A stretch of 64,000 bases of DNA from Nemertoderma westbladi (Eukaryota; Animalia; Xenacoelomorpha): assembly GCA_032718475.1 (NCBI GenBank), contig JAUCBJ010001930.1:1-64000 (forward strand). Direction: 5' to 3'. The position numbers and the translations under genes are program-made. Position 1 is the stretch's first letter. Every line of letters starts with the position of its first letter. A model generated the notes under the pieces. That model saw only the letters and a program-made list of their open reading frames with translations, ran no database searches and was not told where the DNA came from. Shown here piece by piece: positions 41,722 through 52,025 of the stretch.

Positions 41722-42211
41722 TTAATAAAAAGATAAGTTATTTTCGGTAAAATAAACTTATCATTCGAGGTTAAGACCCCTAGATCCCTTCCTATAATAA
41801 TTGTATAATAACAAACACCTCTAAAAATACAGCTTGCCAACACATTGTTACTATCAATAATCAAAAATCAGGGGCTAATAAAATGGCAGCTGGCTTTGAA
41901 ATTAATACTCCATATCTCAAGAACCTGTGGCCTAGTGGTTGAAGTCTCGGCTTCCACCTCGAGGTCTTCAGGTTCGAATCCGACATCACGCTGATGAGAC
42001 CCAGTAAGGTCGAAACGCGTACGTGGTTTGGAGAGATATGAGATATTAATTTCTAGAAAAAATACGCGATTCCTAAATTTGTACACTACCCGGTTAAAAA
42101 GTACGCATGTGATGGGATTAGTCCTACAATTGCGCCAATAAAAGATAAGTTATTTTCGGTAAAATAAACTTATCATTCGAGGTTAAGACCCCTAGATCCC
42201 TTCCTATAATA
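41722..42211 (+). mobile_element. Non-coding retrozyme/SINE-like element, family 1 (about 413-nt monomer plus about 76-nt terminal direct repeat), tRNA-like head followed by a hammerhead
   Basis: Direct repeat 41724-41800 / 42137-42212; about 13-bp TSD AGTGACAAAC(A)GA; A box TGGCCTAGTGG (41928-41938); B box GGTTCGAATCC (41971-41981); hammerhead core immediately downstream. Confidence 0.85.
41986..42026 (+). ncRNA. Type I hammerhead ribozyme (minimal, palindromic stem III)
   Basis: Stem I TCACG/CGTGG; CTGATGA 41991-41997; stem II GACC-cagtaa-GGTC; GAAA 42012-42015; ACGCGT palindrome; GUA cleavage triplet, predicted cut after 42021. Confidence 0.9.
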
Positions 42212-44622
42212 AGTGACAAACGAGTCTGAAGAGACACATGGAATCAGTACATAAGGTATCAAGTATAATTGCGGTTCTTGTGACAAACAATTTAGTGACA
42301 AACAGAGTCTGAAGAAACACATGGAATCAATACATAAAGGTATCAAGTATAATTGCGGTTCTTGTGACAAACAATTTAGTGACAAAGGGAATCTAAAGAA
42401 ACACAAACACTCAGTTCACAAAGATACCAATTAAGGCTCCTGGTGGTGGAATCTTTAAAATACCGACATCAATCCCGTTTTATCAACAAAAATATCAATC
42501 CCGTTTTATCAACAAAAATAAACTGCGGTACCTCGTCTGTCGGTCTGTTCATCCCTTTACTTACAAACTATATATGCGTGCACTTTGTTATCTTAAACTG
42601 ACAGTGTATTATATGATTATTTTCACCATGTGTCGTGCAATAGTTATAAGTCAATTTTCTTGGAATAACAATTTTCATTTTCAAATTAATAATGTGTAAT
42701 TGTGTAATTTACCTATTTTAAATAAAAAGTTATTAAATTAATTAAAATTAAAATGGCAGTAATTTTTGTGGATTCGATGGCACTGAATACAAAAAATGTT
42801 TCCGTGAAATTCGGATTAAGATTGAGGGAGTAGTAATGTTTATAGTGAAATTTTTATTCCGCCGTCTGCCACTAAGGGAAGGCGATTAATTTTATAATCT
42901 TTGTATTGAGACTATTTGGCCTTCCATATGCAGTAGTGAATGACTATGATAAAATCGTTATATTAACTTCTAACCCAAATTGACAGCTATAAAAACAGTT
43001 CACGGGGGTAATACAAAACAATGATAATTGGAAATGCGCCCCCTGGGAAACGAAAAAAATAAGTAGTGCAAATTTATGTGCAAACTTTTAACATTTATGT
43101 CTAAGGCCGGTTACATACACATACAGTAGTGTCGTTATTCAGGTAGGTAGGCCATACTCCCCCCCCCCCCCCCCCCCAAATTATTCTTCTAATGTTAATG
43201 AGATTGCATAAAGTTTGAAACAGTAATAGTTTCTTACAGTTTCAAATACTGAGGCCTAAGCATTTAGCATGACAATAATCTCCTATCTCATCTGGACCAA
43301 TCAGTAAACAGTATTCGCCTACGCATATGCATACGGTGCGCGTATGTCAAATCGGCCAATGTTACGGTAACTGGATTGTGTGGCTGCGCGCCGTACTGTA
43401 AACATGCACTTGCGCATTATTCGAGCTTGCGTATTCATTAAAAGCTGTGTTATCGGATGCCTCCCGTTATGCGCTCCTATCACAGAGTGGGAGGGGAGCC
43501 AATTTACCAATATTAGCCAGAACAAACACCGGCTAGTAAGGGAACTCATTAGTTCTCTTGCAGAAAGCCGATTCATCTCATTCGTTTTTCCGTTTACCAA
43601 TTCACAGTTGAGTCAGTTGATTGCTAGCTACTGTAAGCCGAACCCTGCAAAGGGCTGCAGTTGGCACTTTACATCCATACAGTGTGCATCGTTTTGTACC
43701 TCATAGTCTAACGGTTGTCACTGAAGGTTACTGGTCAGCGCAATATAACCATCTAACAATATGGATCATATCAGTAGAACTAAACTTTATAGACTCTTAT
43801 TCACCGGGCCTACGTCCAGACAGTCACCATAGATACTACTACAATCGGCATGCTGCATTGCAGCTGCATTATATTTATATATATATATATACATTACATT
43901 ATTACTTTGGTCTTTATATATATATTACATATATATTAAGAATGCTGTGCCGGATTGTCCACGAAATTGCGCCGCCACAACTCCCTATCACCCATGACAT
44001 ATATAATATAATTAAATATAATAATATAGACTACTAAGTAAAACCTCACCATGCAAATATCAGCCCCCCCCCCCCCCCCCCCCCCCCCACCTACCTATTA
44101 ATGGAACATCTACTCTACCCTTCTGTAAATCAACTCCGCCTGGTAATCCACACATACAAAGCATCGCTTGTGCGCAGCGCAAGCCTTGGAGGATCCCAAG
44201 ATCAAATATTTTGGTGAAAATATGTAATATAATTTATGTTGCTTTCATTATTATAAATATACGATAGAAAAGATTCAAAGATAGAAATTAATGACTGTTA
44301 TGACACGAGTTGTTGACTTATAATGATATTATTATATATCTATTTTAATTATATATTTATTCTGAGTTGTAAGAGTCGATGACGATTCGTTTACATCTGC
44401 ATTTAAATTGAGCCAAGGAAGTTGATTGTTTAAATTCCTGAGGTAGGTCATTCCAAAGCGCTGGGGCTTGATATATGGCGGTATTTTGAGCATACAAAGT
44501 TCTGAGCAACGGCAAACGATAATTTGAGGCAGAACGTGTGGGATAAGAGTAAATTTGTCTATTAATAATACATTTTGAGCTTAATTCAATTGACAGTTTT
44601 ATTAAAAATTTTCAGGGTTTAA

Positions 44623-46181
44623 CCCTATTAGTACCGGGCTATAAAATGTTGTACAAATACCGGGAGGGGGTCATATTGACCCCCCCTTCTAAAATCTACA
44701 AATATTTACGAAAACGTCTGATTTTTTGTTTGTACGTAGGTATCACTAGTCTGGATCCAACCGAAAAAAAAAATTTTCGAAAAAATGTACTGGGGTGGTT
44801 ATATTGCAGCACCAAAATTACAAGTAGTGCACAATTTTCACAAAATTTGAAAGTTACATTTTCGGCTAATTATTTTTCAATACAGGTTTTTTGGGGTGCA
44901 AAATACATTGGAAAATATTTCAAAATGATATGATTACTATAAATGGCTGTTTAGTCCTCTCTGCGTAGGAAAAAAATGAAAAAAACAAGTAACCAGCACT
45001 TTTCAGTTAGAACACAAAATTTTTAATTCACTTATACGATGCTATAAATTCACATTTTCAGGTTTTCGAGGGCGCTGATTCTAATGGAATACATTTCTAA
45101 TATGCCAGATCATTGCTACTTGTATTTTTCGGCGTAATTTAGCAAATTTTGGTGCTAGCACCAAATTTCGTACCCATCGCCAAAAAGTACAAGTTTGCGA
45201 TGTCCAGTGCTGTTTTTATTGATTCCATCGGATTCAGGACCCTCATAAACCCGTATAACGCAAGAAACAAGGTGATACTATCTACTTATCAATTTGCATA
45301 TTTTCCAAAATTTGGTGCTGGCACAACAATTTTCACCCACCGGCGAAAAATACAAGTTTGAGAACTCTTATGAAATTTTTACTGATTCCATTGAATTCAG
45401 AACCATCACAAACCCGTATAACGCAAGAAACAAGGTGACACAATCAATTTATATATTTGATGGTTTTCAAAATTTGGTGCTAGCACCACATTTTGCACCC
45501 ACATCCGAAAAATACAAGTTTGAGATGTCTAGTTCGATAATTATATTTTCCATTGAATTCAGAACAGCCATAAACCTCTAAAACGCAAGAAATAAATTGT
45601 CACAAGCAATTTTATATATTGAAAGGATTTTCAAAATTTCGTGCTAGCACCAAAATTAGCACACAGCACCGAAAAATACAAGTTTGATACGCTTGGTTCA
45701 ACTCGTATATATTTCATCGAATCCAGAACCTCAAAAAACCCCAATTTTGTAAAAAACAAGTTTCAAACAATCAATTTACAAAATTGACTTATTTCAAAAT
45801 TTGGTGATGGCACCAAAATTTGGCACCCATCGAAAAAAAACAAGTTTGAAATTTCTAAATCAATTTATATGAATTCCATCCAATTTCTAACACCAAAAAA
45901 CCGGTGTAAATCAAAAACCGAGATGTTACAATTCATATTTAATGAAATGTAATTTTCAAAAAACGTCTCAAAAAAAGTGCCAAAAGTAGGGTTAAAAAAT
46001 GGTGCTATAACTCGAATAGTACCCAATATTTTTGAAAACGGTTTTTACTACCATGAAGACAATAGAATTTTAGGAAAAGTCACAAAATTTCAGATTCCCA
46101 ACTGCGTTTGTTTCAGAATTATAATAAAAAAACCACGGGGGGGGTCATATTGACCCCCCCCCCCCCCCGGGTTTAATAGGG
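44623..46181. mobile_element. piggyBac-like non-autonomous DNA transposon
   Basis: TTAA|CCCTATTA...TAATAGGG|TTAA ends; subterminal palindromes GGGGTCATATTGACCCC at both ends; internal degenerate tandem repeats of about 170-175 bp (about 45140-45950); interrupts the LINE ORF2. Confidence 0.82.
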
Positions 46182-47626
46182 TTAAAACTTAGAGTAACAC
46201 ACTGTAAACGATACATGTCTTCCAGCTTTCGAATGCATAGATGTTTAAATAATGCCTCGGTGTGAGCCTTATGTTTTTTGAATAAGATTATTCGAATAAT
46301 TTTCTTCTGTATTTTTATGAGAGGATCGATGGAATAGCCTGGTGAGCCCCACAGTATTAAACCAAACAACAGATATGGGCTAACTAGAGTATGGTACAAT
46401 GTAAGCCGAATTTGTTCTGAAATAGAGTGTTTAATTTTGTTGATAACCCCAATGTTTTTAGAAATTTTAGAACGTATGTATTTTATGTGAGTTTGCCATT
46501 TAAGATTATCTGTAATCATAATAGCTAAAAATTTTGTGGATTTCACTTGGGAAACCTCATACCTAGCATTTGAATCGGTGGGACAGTTTGATCTTTAGGT
46601 CGCTTCAATTTAAATATCATAAAATTAGTTTTGATGCGAATGAGTTTTGATTTAATGTGAGTTTGTTTATTGATAGACAGTTACAAACATGTATTAACTC
46701 GACGTTTAGGGTATTAATCATTTGAGCAATATTTTTTCCGGACATAAAAATATTCGTATCGTCTGCAAATCGTATAAATTTTAATAGTTTAGAATATTCC
46801 ACAATGTCATTAATATATATGAGAAACAAAACTGGGCCCTAAATGGATCCCTGGGGTACACCTTTGGTGATGCATTCGCACCATATTGAACGTATTGGTA
46901 TCTGTTGCAGAAATAATTTTTAAACCATTCCAGAGGTGTACCCCGAATTCCATAATGTTCAAATTTTTGACATAGAATGTTATGGTCGACGGTATCGAAA
47001 GCTTTAGATAGGTCTAAAAAAATTACTGTTGTCATTTGGGAATTTTCTACAGCGTCTGATAATTCGCTGAAAAGTAAAGATAGTGCTATATCTGGCGAAC
47101 GCCCACTTTGAAACCCAAATTTACGAGATGTTATTATTTTGTATTTTTCTAAATAGGATATTAATTAGTTATAAACACACTTTTCAATAAGTTTTGAACA
47201 TAAAGGTATAGGACACTAACAGGTCTATAATTCATAACGAATTTTTTATATTTTGCTTTGTAAATAGGAGTAATTTTTGCTATTTTCATAGCTCTAGGAA
47301 CAATTCCAGTTTCCAAAGATGAGTTAATTATGTGTAGCAAAGGGTCAGTAATATGATTAAATACATAATTTTATTATAGATGGATTTATTAGATCAGTTC
47401 CAATTGCTTGTTTATTAGCTAAGGAGGAAACTATATTTTTGAGTTCATCTTTTGAAATTTTTGAGAGAAACATTGATGTGCATTGCCCACCTTGTAGGTA
47501 TTTGTAAATCGATTCATTGGTTGAAGGTATTTTTGCGGCTAGTTGTTGCCCAAATAACGAGTAGTGCTCATTGAATCCGTTTGCAATCTCAGTGCCATCT
47601 TCCACAAGTTTATTTTTTATAAGGAA

Positions 47627-48041
47627 ATAAATTGGAGATGAGCTGTTGCAACTGTAATTAAAGGTGTAATATTATGGGTTTGTTTAGAAGTGGAAAAATT
47701 AATTACAGTTGCAACAGCTCATCTCCAATTTATTTAATTAATATCACCTGGCAGCAATACCGAGCTGAATATTTATTTATTTATTTGTACTTCCCTCCTG
47801 TTTCACTCTAGCATATTTGAGGCCGTTAGGTCCGCTGTTAGAGATAGAATATATGCAACTTAAGACTGCCCGTTCAATAGAAGTGGATTAGGTGGGACTG
47901 TGAGTGTCGGGGGCTAGTGGCTGAGCTGGTTAGCGCTACTGATGAGGCCTGTTAGGCCGAAACGTGCGTATAGCGCTGGTTCAACCCCCGGTAACGCGCT
48001 CCCATTTTTCTCCACTTCTGAACAAACCCATAATATTACAC
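47627..48041 (+). mobile_element. Non-coding retrozyme-like element, family 2 (about 345-nt monomer plus about 75-nt inverted terminal segment)
   Basis: 12-bp TSD TTTTATAAGGAA (47615, 48042); removing the insert restores the LINE frame SQYTSSFLIKNKLVEDG; contains A box, hammerhead, B box and T5 in that order. Confidence 0.85.
47931..47978 (+). ncRNA. Type I hammerhead ribozyme
   Basis: Stem I TAGCGCTA/TAGCGCTG; CTGATGA 47939-47945; stem II GGCCT-gtt-AGGCC; GAAA 47959-47962; short stem III ACG-tg-CGT; GUA triplet, predicted cut after 47970. Confidence 0.92.
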
Positions 48042-49540
48042 TTTTATAAGGAACGATGAAGTGTATTGTGATTTTCTTTTATGGGAGGGAATTAGCGACT
48101 TTATTACACCCCAAGTTTTACTAATATTACCCTTTAATTTTTCGAACAGTTCACTAGTATAATTTTTTTTGCGAATTACTGTGGTTGATTATTTTTACAT
48201 TTTATAAAAGTATCTTTAGTGTTCTGTGTTTTATATTTGAGAAAAGTGGAGTAAAGCTTGTGTTTTCTACGGATTGAACTAAAAACAGTTTCACTTATCC
48301 ATGGTTTAACAGGATTTATAATACGGATTTTCTGAAGAGGAAAGTGTTGATTATAAAGTTCCTGATATAAATCGATATGAAGTTATCGTAAGCAGTATCT
48401 GGATTTTAAGACCCCAGAACGTGCTTCCACCCCACCTTAGTAATACTCTGAATAGCTTTTTTGAAGTGGGTAGTGTTCGATTTGGAATGGTCACGTCGAT
48501 AGTAAAACTTCGGGGCGCACCGCCCCACTTAAGTAAAGAATATAGCAATATAATAAAGGTAGCGCGAATATAATTTGGAATGTCACAAAACGTTATGATA
48601 GGTAGATGATCTGAAATATTGGCTAACAAGATTACAGTATAATGGTAGTGTAGTTATTAGTTAAAATATTATTAATTGAGGTTGCAGTGTGCTCCGTAAT
48701 TCGTGTTGGTTTGTTAACTTGTAGAACGAAAAATGTTTGATTTAATAACTCAATGAAATTTTGCGGCACTGAGCAATCATTAGCGTGTATAATATTAATG
48801 TTAAAATTTCCACTTAAATAGCATATCTTCCCTTCATTATTTATATTTTTTCAAGGTCTATTTTTAGCAGCTCCAGAAATGCCTGGATATATGTATTGGG
48901 GGGACTATATATGTTTCCAAAAATTACATTTTTATTGTTTCCTCTACTCCATTCAACAAAAATTGTCTCATATAAACCGCACTTAAAAGATCCTAAGTCG
49001 TGTCTATCACACTCAAGGTCGTCACGGACGTATATTCCAGCACCCCCACCTACAGTATCTTTTCGAAATTTGTAGAAAAAATTATAGTTTTTCAAAGGAA
49101 ACAAGTCGTGATTTTGTTCGATTTGCCATGTTTCACTCAGTCCTATAACCGCTGGTTGATTATTTACACACAGCAATAATTGTTCAAGTTCTTCTAAATT
49201 TTTATTTAAACTTCTGATATTAGCCTGCATTATAGCAAATGATTGCTCCGCCTTACAATACAACCAACTTCGGATGGATTTTTGTAATATTTACATTTTG
49301 GATTGAAGTTATTGAACAAATTTGCATCAGGATCAGATCCAGGTTCATTAAATATTGAATCATCATCGTCCAAAAAATTTATAAATTTATTATCCAAGAG
49401 ATCAAGATTCACCACAGATGGTAAACGGAAATCAGATATAGTTAAAATATATTCTTCATGATTTTCGATTTTTTGGAATGGCAGGGAATTCTCTATACAA
49501 CTAAGACATAACCAATGGTCTAAGTTAATAAAATAATTAT

Positions 49541-49740
49541 AGATAGTAACAACGTGTTGGCAAACTGTATTTATCGAGATATTTGTTATTATACATTTAT
49601 TATAGGAAGGGATCTAGGGGTCTTAACCTCGAATGATAAGTTTATTTTACCGAAAATAAATTATATTTTATTGGCGCAATTGTAGGACTAATCCCATCAC
49701 ATGCGTACTTTTTAACCGGGTAGTGTACAAATTTAGGAAT
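49541..49740 (-). mobile_element. Partial second copy of retrozyme family 1, truncated by the Copia insertion
   Basis: The reverse complement matches 42069-42212 and then continues into sequence matching 41801-41855. Confidence 0.9.
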
Positions 49741-49810
49741 TGTTAGTTGATTCACAATAGATTCTTATAACAAAGAATAGGCTTGAATATAAAACTATAT
49801 ATTGAGCGAT

Positions 49811-51067
49811 TGTAAAAGCTTTTGTGGGATAACTGATACGTTTGCCTTTGCTGGCCAGTTCTCCCCCAGGCGCTGGAATACTCTAAAAAGGTTTTCTAAC
49901 TGTATATATATTCCCCTCGCCCGCAAGGTACCTTTACAGGTGTTTTAACGGACATAAAAATCATTCTGCTATATACGTGTTTTGGCGGACATGGTAAGGC
50001 AAAAACTTGTAATGCACCAACTACCTTTCACAGCTTAGCCGTGATGATTCATATTACGACATCTAGCAGCTGGTTGCTGACATGGAAACAGCCATTGGAC
50101 GCGTGGTTCTTTGTTTGGCTTGGGCCAATCAGGGCGGTTTTTCCTGTCGACGTGTAGCTTTTCTGCCGATCATAAGGAGAGTGTTCTGTCTTACTGTTTT
50201 ACTTGTTACTTTGTTGTTATTGCTGTCTAAGCCAGAAACACCGGCCTTTTGGGAAGAACTCTAGTAAACTGCTTGAATTATCGAAAGTATAAACTGTTAC
50301 CGAATCGAATCACAATTAATTAATCAATCAAATCGAAAGACAGCATTAACTCACTTAATTTAATTGCATTAATCATATTGTTTGTACTGTTATTTTACCG
50401 TCAGTCATTAATTGTACCTATTTGGTGATGGAAATATTGCTATTTGGATAATACGGATAAATCACCCAATTCCCAATTTTCTTGATAACACTACAGGTTA
50501 GAGAGACCGGCTATACATAACAATTGCGATTTATATTAATGTGGTGTGTATTGAATCCAATGTTATTTAGCAGACCCTACGTGAGTCAATTACTGCTCTC
50601 TTTATGTTTGATCAAATATACTGACAGTCGGCAGAATAGTGTGTATGATTGTGATTGGTAACAAAGTATTTCCTAAAGAATACGCTTTATACTTTAATCA
50701 TAAGCAGTATCATTGCGTTTAGTATAAGTCTTAGTTCTGTTTAAATAGATAAAGCGCCACGTCCTAAAGGAACTGTTAATATTTCCCGAAAGCCAATAAT
50801 ATCTGTCAGAGATTAATTATTAACGATCTATCGAATAATACATTAGGTATACACTGCAACCTTACACTGTAATAATACAATTCAAGCATCCGAATTCAGT
50901 CTCCCGGGTGTAGATCCATCGGGTGAATGATCGCGCATGGGCTGACTTCGGCTAATGTTTTGCGTATTAGCATAAATTATTGTCGTATGCTAAAGTGGTT
51001 TTAATTAACTAAAAGACATATAAATTTTGGCAGGTTAAACTGCTAAAGGTCTTCAAAAGCGCGAACA
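49811..51067 (+). repeat. 5' LTR of element B (1257 bp)
   Basis: Direct repeat of 60867-61863; CCAAT box at about 50123. Confidence 0.96.
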
Positions 51068-51439
51068 GTAACAGTTTAAATTCTTATTGCAGTAGGCAAT
51101 AAGGTTGCAAGTGTAGGCATTAAATACAGTTTAATACTGTTCTGACGAACAGTAACAGTTTACAATCTTATTGCAGTAGGCAATAAGGTTGCAAAATACC
51201 GTAGTGACTGGTAAAACTGAACCGGTACTTTGTAGGTCAGTAGGCCTAACTGTCATCACCGGTACCGGTACTGCTGTACAAGTACATTTAGTATTATTCG
51301 ATTTTGATTATTGTATACCGGTAGGCTGTTTAAGAGATTAGGGACTGTACACCCCTTGTTTCTTTTGGAGCTTACTTATTTCTGTCAGTTTTATTTACTA
51401 GTAGGCTAATATTGAGCAGAAGGCGTGTGACCCTGCTCA

Positions 51440-52025
51440 GATTGTTCAGATAATTGTAGGCTGAGCTGCTGTCTGACTGTTGTTGAGTTTGGAGAGATTG
51501 CGGCGTGTGTAGAGTTTGTCTGATAAAGTGCCGTTAGTAAGTTGGGGCAGCCATAAGCGGTAAGGTCAATCCCCTCTTAAAGAGTAAGTCGTACTACCGT
51601 GTTAGAACGCATACTAACTAACAGTTTCAGAGTCTGCATATACTGTAGTTTATTTAGGCTTGATCGTAGTCTGCCAGTGTTTTTAGCCTGTGTTTGTTTG
51701 TGTGGTCTGTTCAGGTACCGTAATAGTTATTACTCAGATATTTTGTAGGCTGGATTGTTGTCTAGCTATTTTTGGGTCTGAAGGGATTGCTGCGTGTGTA
51801 GAGTTGGTCTGATCAAGTGCCGTTAGTAAGTTGGGGCAGTCATAACTGTAAGGTCAATCCCCTCTTAAAGAGTAAGTCGTACTACCGTGTTAGCACGCAT
51901 ACTAACTAACAGTTTCAGAATCTGCACATACAGTAGTTTGTTTAGGCTTGATAGTAGTCTGCCAGCGTTTGGTTTGTATTTGTTTGAGTATTCTGTACGG
52001 GTAGCGTAATATTTATTATTCAGAG
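51440..52025 (+). repeat. Diverged tandem duplication (about 289-bp period) in the long 5' UTR of element B
   Basis: GCGTGTGTAGAG...GTAAGGTCAATCCCCTCTTAAAGAGTAAGTCGTACTACCGTGTTAG occurs from 51503 and from 51792. Confidence 0.85.

Larger units (their letters stand above)
39766..42434 (+). pseudogene. Tandem C2H2 zinc-finger protein gene, copy B (about 20 fingers), disrupted
   Basis: Paralog of 16078-19230; stops at 40519 and 41155, frameshifts, and an insertion at 41722-42211. Confidence 0.9.
31299..44000 (+). repeat. Segmental duplication, copy B (with three additional retroelement insertions)
   Basis: Colinear with 11657-21102 once 31462-31984, 34378-39623 and 41722-42211 are removed. Confidence 0.92.
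44090..49540 (-). mobile_element. Degraded L2/CR1-group LINE ORF2, with nested insertions
   Basis: QANIRSLNKN, LSETW, ISDHLP, FLDLSKAFDTVDH, FADD, KISKNIG; C-terminal TRSASNYRLP...LWNDLP, stop about 44358. Outer boundaries are approximate. Confidence 0.85.

Noticed and set aside
41921-41990. Functional tRNA-Gly gene
   Set aside because: No proper acceptor stem, a bulged anticodon stem, and it lies inside a TSD-flanked mobile element.
50082-50264. Identical 60-aa ORF duplicated at 61138-61320
   Set aside because: It lies within the LTRs over the CCAAT region and is not evident in LTR A; identity just reflects LTR duplication.
51142-51200. CTGACGA as a hammerhead core
   Set aside because: No stem II closed by GAAA follows.
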